A DNA stretch of 64,000 nucleotides from Ylistrum balloti (taxonomy: Eukaryota), in NCBI RefSeq assembly GCF_031769215.1, contig NW_026782268.1:2046001-2110000 (forward strand), in the 5' to 3' direction. The notes below the pieces were generated by a model that was given only the letters and a program-made list of their open reading frames with translations, had not been told where the DNA came from and made no database searches. The stretch's first letter is position 1, and each line of letters starts with the position of its first letter. Of the stretch, positions 27,862 to 39,160 are shown piece after piece. The position numbers and the translations under genes were made by a program.

Positions 27862-28623
27862 ACGATGATTGAGAGTAGATAAATAAAAAGTAACAAAATA
27901 CCTACATGCCCAAAGGATCTTTATTCAAGCTCAAATGCTAAACTAAGGCAAAACATGAACAAAAGAAAGAGTTACACGGAGACTCGCGAAAAAGTACAAC
28001 GATAGAGTAAGCGTCTTCTGCTTCAACAACACCTGCAATGTAAATATTAGTCCATCCAAGTAAGTCCTGTCACGTTCCCAAATGAGATAATGGTATACAA
28101 TAACGGAAATAACACGTTTTTGTTTATCTATTAACGAGATGCTTAGTGCCAACATTAGTATTTCATTTCTTTGTAGGGATCTCAAGCAATGTGTGCAATG
28201 TTATTAGAGTTTTAAGATGTATGCATTGTTAAGTATGGCGAACGCTCAGGCCAACTGGAAAGCTCAGAAGGCTCCAGAGCTCCATGTCATCAGTGCCTAA
28301 CCGAAGCAGCGGTTGGGTTATCATTAGCAGAGAAATCTGTAAGTTCACATTCCAATTGCAATATCGACCTTGTATTTCAACAATAAATATAAAAGATCTT
28401 ATATATTTAATTAGATATCTTATATATCTAAATGGTATACATTCATCTAGTATACTAAATAAATATCTTATAGAAAAGAAATAAACTATTGGCCAGTATT
28501 GCTCCCTAAATAAGTGGTAAGATGGCTTGCTACAATTATTTTCCGGTAATTTCTGATACATTGTATCTTTATGTGTATATTATATATTACAAAGTTGAAC
28601 TTACGATTTTAGAATTTGATTAT

Positions 28624-29658
28624 GTAGTATGTATATTCTTAACATGTACGTAAGTAAATATTGTTAATGTGATATGTATATTCTATACATGTATATAAGT
28701 AAATATTGATAACGTAGTATGTATATTCATATACATGTATATAAGTAAATATTGTTAATGTGATATGTATATTCTTTACATGTATATAAGTAAATATTGA
28801 TAATGTAGTATGTATATTCTTAACATGTACGTAAGTAAATATTGTTAATGTGATATGTATATTCTATACATGTATATAAGTAAATATTGATAATGTAGTA
28901 TGTATATTCTTAACATGTACGTAAGTAAATATTGTTAATGTGATATGTATATTCTATACATGTATATAAGTAAATATTGATAACGTAGTATGTATATTCA
29001 TATACATGTATATAAGTAAATATTGTTAATGTGATATGTATATTCTTTACATGTATATAAGTAAATATTGATAATGTAGTATGTATATTCTTAACATGTA
29101 CGTAAGTAAATATTGTTAATGTGATATGTATATTCTATACATGTATATAAGTAAATATTGATAATGTAGTATGTATATTCTTAACATGTACGTAAGTAAA
29201 TATTGATAATGTGATATGTATATTCTTTACATGTATATAAGTAAATATTGATAATGTAGTATATATATTCTTTACATGTACGTAAGTAAATATTGTTAAT
29301 GTGATATGTATATTCTTTACATGTATATAAGTAAATATTGATAATGTAATATGTATATTCTTAACATGTACGTAAGTAAATATTGATAATGTGATATGTA
29401 TATTCCTAACATGTATATAAGTAAATATTGATAATGTAGTATATATATTCTTTACATGTACGTAAGTAAATATTGTTAATGTGATATGTATATTCTTTAC
29501 ATGTATATAAGTAAATATTGATAATGTAGTATGTATATTCTTAACATGTACGTAAGTAAATATTGTTAATGTGATATGTATATTCTTTACATGTATATAA
29601 GTAAATATTGATAATGTAGTATATATATTCTTTACATGTACATAAGTAAATATTGATA
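28624..29658. repeat. 45-bp AT-rich minisatellite, ~23 copies, with higher-order structure
   Basis: Alternating gtagt- and gtgat-type monomers starting at 28624, 28669, 28714, 28760, 28805, 28850, 28895 and onward. Confidence 0.97.
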
Positions 29659-29819
29659 AAAGTTAAAAGAAGAAATATATTACCCAACACATTTGCCTCC
29701 TTTTATCGTATAATTCTCAAACCTACTTTCCTTTTGAAATTGTTTGACTAAAATATTTGCCTTTTCACCATTAGATTTGCACTCTGCATCTCTTCCAAAA
29801 ATAGGCATTTAACCTAGGG

Positions 29820-30720
29820 AGAGCCTTGTGTGACCATAGTTTTGTTCCATACAGTGCTTTGTAATGAGTTACAGAATTCGCTCCAATGGTCTTGTTTAGT
29901 ATTCTTGCTCTATTGAATCTAATTTTGGCTATTCTATGACATTCTGAATAATTTTCTGAGGGACTTTTCTTGCGTTTACCCTCCCACCTACATTTAATGT
30001 GTTTTGTTATGGTGCGGGCTTCATTCCACCAAGGGTTATGTTTTCTAATTTCAGTTTTTCTTAATGCACTTGGATGAAGTATAAACCAAAGTTTGTGTGA
30101 AGTTTTCTGTGTATTTGTCTATGTCAATGTCTTTTATCTTGCTTGACAGTGTGTGAAGTTGTATTTGCACGTGAAAGAGAGGATGGATGATGATGTTTGT
30201 GTCTCAAAGGGAATGTAGTAACAGCAATGATTTCCAAGGGACATTTTTCATTATTCATTGTTATATAACTCCATCTCTATATATAAGTGTACACTAATGA
30301 TTGTAACTGTTAATCATAAAAAATATAGCAAGCATCATTTAGACAGGACGATTCTATTGATGGACAGGATGATTCTATTGATGAATGACATCAACAGAGA
30401 ATCTTACAGGAATTTCTATTTCATTTTGAATTTTTTAGGAAACGAGTCTAGACATTGTTTGTACCGAGTTGAGAGCCTTCGGTGAGGGAACAATGAAAGT
30501 TTAGATACGAGTTTTAAAAAAATCTCATATGAAATGAAATTAAGATGCTTTTTATCCCTTAATTTATATATTAAGATTTCTGTCTTAACATCGATCAAAC
30601 AGTTGTGTTTGTTGACATTCACCGCATCACAAAATTCCGATGGGTTAAAGTATGCGTCCGCCATTCCAAGGGAGTGCCTGCTCTGCAGGTTGCAGAAAAA
30701 ACAAAACAAAATACGAGTTT
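29820..30720 (-). mobile_element. Degraded non-LTR retrotransposon fragment (endonuclease-RT linker)
   Basis: Minus strand reads KTEIRKHNPWWNEAR.., then after a frameshift KQDHWSEFCNSL..VWNK, the typical PWW..W..FC.SL..VW linker of APE-type LINE ORF2. Assignment of 30130-30720 is weaker. Confidence 0.55.
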
Positions 30721-31670
30721 GACTTAATTTTGTTTAATAGCTTGCAGATAAATATGAAATTAATTGCATCATAACATTAAACATGTTGAAAATGAAATAA
30801 ATTTGATATCTCTGTACTTCGATCAAAACTTTGACCCAGTTTGTGACGTCATAACGTGCGTCATTCAGTGTTGTGACCGTGACCTAGGCTACAGTCGTTC
30901 GATCTCGAAACCAGTTTCCTGAAATAGAACTCTATACAGAGGTACTGCAGTTGATTGGATTAACTTTATCACCTTTCCTTCACACTTGTCGTCAGTTTTA
31001 ACGGGTGTGCCCACCGGAAACAATATGCTGTCGTCCCGTTTTACTACCAAACGTGTAGTAGTACTTCGGTGCGTAGTGATTTAAAAAAAAAAACAGCGGA
31101 AAATATGATAAGGCTGACCAATCAAATTAAGTTTAAATTATATGCAACTTGTTACATTCACTGGATAACATTCCAATTATGCGATAAACGTACATTTGTA
31201 TTTAAATACAGGTTTCATACAAATACTTTGCCTTCAAATAATGATATGAGTACATCACAATATTGTCTTTGAAAAGTCAGGCAACCAATATTTGCATTAG
31301 AATATTACTATAGAGCCATACAGCGGTTATTATATGGTCACTAAAACATATACATTGTTTGAATATTACATGTTTTCCTTTAGGATTAGTCATTTATGAT
31401 GAACATTTATTGATGTTTTTGATGTACCGATATGTTCTGTGTTAAAAGCACACGTTAGAAAGACCTGTTTATACTATTTCATTTTCATTGATTACATTTG
31501 CCTTCCCTAATTTCAAATAAGTCTGTATGTTACTGGTCATGGTCACAAGCCTTTTTTAATTGAAAGTTCACCAGTTCAAATTAATCAGATCAAGGATTCG
31601 GTATAACATATTCCTTCGTAATTAATGTTATTTGCCAAATTTTAATAATCTAGATTGTAGTCATTATTTG

Positions 31671-31715
31671 CCAAGGTTTTAGCCAATGAGGTCAAACAAA
31701 CGTGTGCATATATAA
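31671..31715 (+). promoter_or_regulatory. CCAAT-box element shared with receptor gene 5, followed by a TATA-like sequence
   Basis: GTTTTAGCCAATGAG at 31676-31690 is identical to 51767-51781; TATATAA at ~31709-31715. Confidence 0.6.
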
Positions 31716-31792
31716 TGTTGAAAAATGTTTTATTGATCTGTACTGACCTTTTAAGTCAGCTGTATCATGTTGACATTATATACACACAAAAC

Positions 31793-33079
31793 ATGGCCTC
31801 CTTGTTACTTCTACTCTCTATGTCATTGACAACCATTTGCGGAGCTACTCATGTAGATTTGAAAAAACTTCACCGAGATTTGATGGAAAATTATAACAAA
31901 AACTTACGTCCGACGTTTAACCTCTCACAGCCGACAGAAGTGGATATTCAGTTTTATCTGCTCTCGATAAAAGAATTCGACGAAAAGACCAGCAGATTTG
32001 CTATTGTTGGCGTATTTGTACTAAATTGGAACGACTTTCAGTTGGCATGGGATCCTGATGATTATGGTGGCATTGTAAGTACTGTTTTTCCACAGAACAC
32101 TTTATGGAAACCAGATCTTATACTTATGAATCCATATGAGAAAGTTGAATCTGCCGGCTTTGAGGATCTGAAAATTGTTGTGATTAATAATGGATCTGTT
32201 TTTTGGGCTCCGGTTGACGTTTATGAAGTCACGTGTCCAGCAGATGTAACGTACTATCCGTTTGATCAGCAAACGTGTTCGTTGTTTTTTAGTGTCTATA
32301 TGTATACAGTGTTTGATGTTACTTTGAAACCATCATCAACTCACATATTCACCGATGATTATTCGCCAAACAGTCTTTGGTACTTGAAAGACACAAGCTT
32401 TACAATCATTGAATCACATAACTCACAAACACTGTTGATGAAGACAATGCTTCAGAGAGGACCATTGTTTCAAGTCATAAACACTATAGTACCATTCAAT
32501 ATGTTGGGACTATTGAACATCATGGTGTTCCTTCTTCCTGCCGAATCTGGTGAACGTGTTGGTTTTTCCGTGACGATTCTGTTAGCTATTGCTGTGTTTA
32601 TGACAATTGTGGCGGACACTTTGCCTGGAACCAGCGAACCTTCTTTCCCTCGACTATGTTATTTATTGATAGCACAGTTAGGTGTCAATATGCTTGTGAC
32701 AGTTTTCACTATCTTAATATCAAGACTGCATCATAAACCAAAACAGCAAAATATTCCTTCATGGCTACAAAAAATCATAGGCAAATGTGTTTGTTTCCAT
32801 CCAAAATTCAAATTAATAAATTCAAATGAAAACATCAACAACCAAGATCTTAATAACCCGAACATCGATAGTTTAGAAACTGTTGTATCAATTGTTCAGG
32901 AAGCAAAGAATGTTGATTTAGGAGATGAGGTAAATCACAGACCTCGAAAAGGAGTAAAACACACGTGTAGTAAAATGTCATGGCAGACAGTGGTGAGCTT
33001 TCTCGATGTCTTTTCTTTTCTTTTCTTTCTTGTCATTTATGTATCAAGCATGATAGCCACTTACTTTGTGTTCTGTTAA
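31793..33079 (+). CDS. Intronless divergent nicotinic-type Cys-loop channel subunit, gene 1 (non-alpha)
   Basis: Signal peptide starts MASLLLLLSM (ATG 31793 in aaacATGG; the ORF-track start at 31715 is an upstream extension). WKPD, Cys-loop CPADVTYYPFDQQTC (C-x13-C), M1-M3, M2 GERVGFSVTILLAIAVFMTIVAD, C-terminal M4; no vicinal CC. Confidence 0.93.
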   Translation: MASLLLLLSMSLTTICGATHVDLKKLHRDLMENYNKNLRPTFNLSQPTEVDIQFYLLSIKEFDEKTSRFAIVGVFVLNWNDFQLAWDPDDYGGIVSTVFPQNTLWKPDLILMNPYEKVESAGFEDLKIVVINNGSVFWAPVDVYEVTCPADVTYYPFDQQTCSLFFSVYMYTVFDVTLKPSSTHIFTDDYSPNSLWYLKDTSFTIIESHNSQTLLMKTMLQRGPLFQVINTIVPFNMLGLLNIMVFLLPAESGERVGFSVTILLAIAVFMTIVADTLPGTSEPSFPRLCYLLIAQLGVNMLVTVFTILISRLHHKPKQQNIPSWLQKIIGKCVCFHPKFKLINSNENINNQDLNNPNIDSLETVVSIVQEAKNVDLGDEVNHRPRKGVKHTCSKMSWQTVVSFLDVFSFLFFLVIYVSSMIATYFVFC

Positions 33080-33299
33080 ATTACACTGCACATGTGTATA
33101 TCTTTTCGAAAACATATTTTTGTTTCATCAATTGACATGAGGCTAAATGATGCCAAATGGATGGTAATTGTGAAGTGAATCAATTTCAAAATTTGATGTT
33201 GATCATTCCTAAATTTTTTGACACCAAAATGTTCATTGATGAATTTCGTGTTAAGTGTAAGTTGATATTTTAAGATATGTCATTCAGTTTACCCGAACA

Positions 33300-33960
33300 A
33301 ATCACGAACCTTTGCTAAACAGAGAATTTCACAAAAATTTAGACTTCGGTCAACGCAGGGACGTTGCTACCCAGGAAATGGAAAATCGCATTAAGGATAT
33401 TGAAATCATAACGCTTATCATACAGCCATACTAAAAGCTGCCGTGTTGGTATTGGTATAGGAAAAGATCGAGATAAGCAGCTGATGTAGAAGATAAAAAA
33501 TCTGGTGGATATAAATGTACATGTATAGGATGGACGTGCTCAATAAATGCTAATTTTTTTTAACTATTTAAAGACAAGATGTCTTCGATATATCTGAAAG
33601 TGAAATCAAAGGACCTTTCAAGGTCTTAATGGCCTGTTTTGATAGGCTCTTCGATATATTCAGCGTCGTATGAAAAAAAAAAAAAACCAAGGGTACAGTT
33701 AGTTCCTATATGTATGCCGATAGTCTGTAGAGAGATCTTGTCACTAAAATATTTATAATTCTCAAATTGATTGTGATAACGTTTGTGAGAAATAATATCT
33801 GTGTTAATTTTGAAATTTTAAAAACAAAATGCAGGTTTAATTTATTTACAACTGCAATGCCTCGTATACTTTATATTACTTTCAGTCCGAAATATAAGAA
33901 AATCATCTTTAAAAAAATTGGCATTAAAACAGAGTGGAGGCATGTAAGTTTGTGATACAT
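33300..33960 (-). mobile_element. Decayed Penelope-like RT fragment
   Basis: Minus strand reads QTIGIHIGTNC (QxxGIPMGTNC-like), SFDFTFRYIEDILSL (YxDD region), SSTSAAYLDL and DKRYDF. Confidence 0.7.
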
Positions 33961-34754
33961 GTATGTCAGTTTAATTCATTGGTATTGGATTTGTTACGAA
34001 AATTAAAAAAAAAAAAAAAAAAAAAACTACAACTTTCCGTACGAACGGGTTAGGATAGTTTTTATTCTTTTATGATAAATGTATTACATGTATTTTATAA
34101 ACCACCTCAAAAGTGGATGGATGTAGAAAAAGATGCTATACAACAGGGGAATAGAACAGAACAATACATACGTAATGGAGGGCGATTCTGATTTCAGTAG
34201 TTTGTCTGGATATGCCATTATGACAATAAAATAAATTTTTCAAGACTGTTTTGTCTATAATGACAAACAGCAAGCCATCCCAACCAATCTATTCATATAA
34301 TGGATGGACTGTACAAATAAAACTCTTGGGATTTAAAAAAATTCTTGATGAAAAAGGTTACCTTGTGAAATCAATATGGTGTTTAGAACAGTTCACCGTC
34401 ACTTAATATCACCTGCTTTGATGTTAAAGCCACAACAGGTTGATATTTTATTGAATAGTTGTAGTTTACAACCCAGGATAACCATTCAAATAAGAAATGA
34501 TTGACTCACTCACTCACCTACCCACTCAATCATCGGACCTTTATTCCGTTTCCTATGGGGATATCAGTTTATCAGTTTTAATGAGCGGTTATTGTTTCCT
34601 CCAAATCGATATTTTGCAATAAATCTTTATCCTATTTTTAACGTCATTTGAGCTTTAAGTGTATTGTTCCAGTTAATGCACTCAGTATTATTGCGTGGAA
34701 ATTCATTGATCAATCTTATTCTATCTAAGCCAGTTGATAGTAACACACGAAAAA

Positions 34755-36062
34755 ATGACGTTCTTTCTATTTCTTCTCTCAGCGTATTTGACAACCATTT
34801 ACGGAGCAACTCATGTAGATCTGAAAAGACTTAACCAAAACTTGATGTCAAATTACAGCAAACATTTGCGCCCGACATTTAACCTCTCTCAACCAACAGA
34901 ATTAGATGTCATTTTTCATGTTTCTTCAATAAAGGAATTTGAAGAAAAGACCAGCAGATTTTCTATGTTTGGAGTATTTATGATTTATTGGCATGACTTT
35001 CAGTTAGAATGGAATCCGGACGATTACGGTGGCATTGTAAGTACAGTTTTCCCACAGAGCTCTTTGTGGAAACCAGACCTATTACTTTTAAACCCATATG
35101 AGAAAGTTGAACCTGCTGGCTTCGACGATCTCAAGATCATTGTAAATTACAACGGATCTGTGTACTGGTCTCCAGCTAATGTTTATGAGGTCACGTGTCC
35201 AGCAGATGTAACATATTATCCGTTTGATCAGCAAACATGTCCGTTGTATTTTGGTGTCTACATGTATACCATTTTTGATGTGACTTTGAAACCATTATCT
35301 TCTGGTATAACAACTATTTATTATTTCCCAAACAGTGTCTGGCACTTGGTAAATGTAAGCTCTAGTATTCATCCATCACTTGACACGGAAATACTCATCC
35401 TGACAATAGTACTTCAACGACGATCAATGTTTCAAGTCATAAACACTATAGTACCATTCAGTATGTTGGGACTGTTGAACATCATGGTGTTCCTTCTTCC
35501 TGCCGAATCTGGTGAACGTGTTGGTTTTTCCGTGACGATTCTGTTAGCTATTGCTGTGTTTATGACAATTGTGGCGGACACTTTGCCTGGAACCAGCGAA
35601 CCTTCTTTCCCTCGACTATGTTATTTATTGATAGCCGAACTCTTTATCAATACGTTGGTTACGATTTCTACCATTTTGTTACTAAGACTACATCACAAAC
35701 CCAAGCAACAGACCATTCCAACTTGGTTGCAATATCTCATATGTTTTTGTTTTAAAACTAAAAACAAGACCCAACCTATAGAGGAAGACATCCAAGGTAT
35801 TAGCAATGAAGATAACTTCATAATTAAAACCATTGTACCCAAGGTTCAGGAAACAAAGACAGATAAAGGAGTAAGGAAGGATTCTGATTTGAACGGAGAT
35901 GACACAATTAACGGGAAATGCCCTATCTGTAGAGGAAAAAAATATGTTTGTAATGAGTCGTCATGGCAGACTTTGGCGAGCTTTCTCGATATCTTTTTCT
36001 TTCTGTTGTTTCTTGTCTTCTTTGTTTCATGTAAGGTTGTAGCTTATTTTGTATATATTTAA
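34755..36062 (+). CDS. Intronless divergent nicotinic-type Cys-loop channel subunit, gene 2
   Basis: First ATG at 34755 (MTFFLFLLSAYLTTIYG signal peptide); Cys-loop CPADVTYYPFDQQTC; four TM segments; M2 identical to gene 1. Confidence 0.93.
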   Translation: MTFFLFLLSAYLTTIYGATHVDLKRLNQNLMSNYSKHLRPTFNLSQPTELDVIFHVSSIKEFEEKTSRFSMFGVFMIYWHDFQLEWNPDDYGGIVSTVFPQSSLWKPDLLLLNPYEKVEPAGFDDLKIIVNYNGSVYWSPANVYEVTCPADVTYYPFDQQTCPLYFGVYMYTIFDVTLKPLSSGITTIYYFPNSVWHLVNVSSSIHPSLDTEILILTIVLQRRSMFQVINTIVPFSMLGLLNIMVFLLPAESGERVGFSVTILLAIAVFMTIVADTLPGTSEPSFPRLCYLLIAELFINTLVTISTILLLRLHHKPKQQTIPTWLQYLICFCFKTKNKTQPIEEDIQGISNEDNFIIKTIVPKVQETKTDKGVRKDSDLNGDDTINGKCPICRGKKYVCNESSWQTLASFLDIFFFLLFLVFFVSCKVVAYFVYI

Positions 36063-36319
36063 GATATTCTAGGCGTATTAATATTTTGTATGGAAAAGAT
36101 TGTTTTATCCTATGTAGACGTCAGGTTATTCATACTGACTATGAAGATCAATAGTATTCTCGCTTTTCACACTAGATACTAAGCACCTCAATATGTTTTA
36201 TATTATTTGAGTATAAATCATTTGACACTGGTAAAACAGATGTTACGAATATGAAGTCTGTCATAGAAAACTGTGGGGAACAATTGAAATGAATGGAAAA
36301 ATATTCCAGAAAAAATGAT

Positions 36320-36321
<2 letters not shown>

Positions 36322-36364
<43 letters not shown>
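36322..36364. repeat. (AC)n microsatellite, ~21 units
   Basis: Directly visible. Confidence 0.98.
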
Positions 36365-36367
<3 letters not shown>

Positions 36368-38149
36368 GTCAAATTATAAGAACCGGATGAACCGGTAAGG
36401 AGCAAAACATTTCTTTTTTTTGGAAATACATGAAGCAAAACAAAGAGTACACTGTTATGTGCCTATATTTAAAAAGAATACTACAAAAAAAGCGAATATT
36501 TTGGGATATATGTTGATTATTAATTGTTGTGCTAAATACCGATATGAAGGACAACATCAATATTATAATGATCATTAAAACTGCCTCGTTTAGCTATGAC
36601 TCGTAATAGTTCGGTCAAATGATACCTCTTCTATCATCTATCAGTATTCCGATTGACTTCATCAATATATAGTAACGAGGTATTGATTCAAATCATATAC
36701 ATTTTTCAAATGGCGCTTGACTACTATGATTGCCAATATCGCAGTCGTGTGGCGTACTTTATGCTTCATCTTTTTGGCTGTATTAGAATTATGATATTGT
36801 TTATGTTGTTTGTACATCCTGGTTGACATTGTTGTTACCATGTCTGTCATGTTATTCGTCATTTAATAAAATTACATTACTGGCTGTATGTTTTTCTTGG
36901 TTGTTATTGATAAATAACATACCCAAAACAGCTGAAGTCGTGACTCAATTATCGCGAGGGAAATTATAACATAAATACCTTTTATGTAACAATGATATCA
37001 CATTTTACATTTGCAGACAATGTACATTAGTAGAAAACTTTTTAATTTGCTTTGCAATACACATGTTGCCGATAATAATATAAATGATTGATGATACCAA
37101 TGAAATAAATTACTCGAAACATTAACGTCTACTGATCGTATCAATACTTATGATATCTAAACACATCGAACAGTGCCAGTAATTTCAACACAATGAAAAT
37201 ATGTCAATAAGGTGTAGAATATCACATTAACACAAACGCAATTGGTTTTGTTTCGATATTTGAAAGTTCACGTGGCAATTATTTAGATATTAGATCCAAA
37301 TGGAAGGCAAACATTATGAGTACATTTATTACAAGCCAGACTTCTCTATTAGATAGACTATTAAACAATCTAAACTATTACCTAGTGTTTGGATTCTCCT
37401 TTTGTGTCCCAAAATTACAAATACTTAGAAAAGTTTGACGTAATGTTTACATACACGAATAATGATAAATAGGACACAACACAAATAATACCTTAAGGTA
37501 TAATTCTAATTGTATATGACACTATTACGTGTGCCATTGTTGACCAGAAAAAGAACTTGACGCGTAGATCGAATTAAAAAAGAGATATTGTTGAAATACT
37601 ATATTGTTTCCTTGTCTTGGAAAAAAGACACATATAAACAAATCTAAGAAATTATCGATTTTGCTTGTAACAAACATTTACTCATTTTTCGATTTTTCAA
37701 AAATATTTTGTTTTCATATTGTGAACGTTAATACTGATATTGTTTCACTTAATGTCGCTTAAAATTGAAAATTATTGATCGACGATTTATCTGTTTTTAT
37801 TTTCTAAGGAGATTATAAAATATGTACATTGTGTATAGCAATGCTGCAGAATAATATTGTGTATGTAGATAAATGACGTGTGTTTGGTAGCAGGACGCCA
37901 AACATCCAGTCTTTGTTATAGTAATGTATTGAAAAGAAGGTTCCATGATAAGTGACCTTATTCATTTTTCAATAGGAAAAAATCCTTTGTTCTTTAAGAT
38001 TTACCATTGACGATGGTATGATGACGGCAGTTACATGAAGTTACAGCATGGCACTTTCACAAAATTAAGTCAGGATGCAGGATTACAATTGCTTTTTTCC
38101 GGGTGGAAAAACTAACTAAACATTATGTGTGACGCATTTTTTTCCTGAA

Positions 38150-38480
38150 GCTAGAGATGGAAAAATGCGTGGTAAACCTGATATTCAAGACACGCTTTCG
38201 ATTGCTTATCAAACAGCTATATTGGAAAGTTGTCCATGTTTGTTTCGTTGTATTTAGAAGCGTCTGTCATGTTCTTGATTACCAATTCTGGTGGATATAT
38301 ACAATGAACATTGTCAATAATTCGCCTGTTATTTAGAGACAAGACGTCATTAGTCCATCTGAAAGTGAAATTAAACGACTTTGCAAGGTCATTTTGTGAC
38401 CTTTCCGAATATGCTCTTTTATAAATTCAGACATGTATGAAAACAAAATAGGACAGCCAACAGAGGGACCTTGTTAGCAT
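38150..38480 (-). mobile_element. Decayed Penelope-like RT fragment
   Basis: atctgaaagtgaaattaaacgactttgcaag is the reverse complement of the sequence encoding AKSFNFTFR at ~53900; VPLLAVLF corresponds to the APLLADLF motif. Confidence 0.65.
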
Positions 38481-39160
38481 CGCTGTAGAAAAAATTGCAC
38501 AAAGATTTGTTTGAACAGTTTGAGTTGGCAATCTACATGATTGTAATAATTTATAAGTATAAGTATTTCATGCTTTTGATTTTTCTCTGTCATGCTAGAC
38601 AGTTTGTTACAGTAAAGTTGTTATTAAGCGTTTCCACTATAAATATACATGGCAATGAGTGATAGAGCCACACATGACGTATTATGTAATAATGATATAT
38701 TTTAGCTGGTGAGATTTTTATGTCATTTTATAATTATTATTTAATGAAGTGACAATTGTAAAATAAATTTAAGGTAAAATGCACTTAATATACAATACAA
38801 ATGCTACCAGCAATGACCAAATTAATTATTTACACGATTGTAATTAAGTAAAGAAAACAAAGGCAAACAAATGCTGCTACATATGGGAATTATCGTTAGG
38901 CAGATACGAGTTTCGCATCGATCAGAGCAGGTGACTTCAATACAAGTTAATGTGACGTACATCACATTCACAGCAATGGTTTCTGCCGGGTGTTTATGTT
39001 TTTGATAATTTAGTGTTAGAGATAAATGACAGGCAAACACTGTGTGGATCTGACAAACTGATTCTCTAAGAAAAGCATTTTTCAGTAAACGCAAGTTATT
39101 CTACTACAGGAACGCGATAAATATGTCTGGAAATCAGGAGGTATCAATGTAATAAGGAAA

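Noticed and set aside
31715-31792. N-terminal extensions of the receptor ORFs given by the track (also 34734 and 59575 starts)
   Set aside because: They precede clear signal peptides, and two begin at TTG or GTG; the downstream ATGs (31793, 34755, 59605) align with the paralogues.
33570-38450. Idea that the RT relics after genes 1 and 2 were co-duplicated with the genes or truncated at one shared point
   Set aside because: The copies extend to different endpoints, and the 38.3-kb copy resembles the 53.9-kb copy more than the 33.6-kb one, which favours independent insertions.
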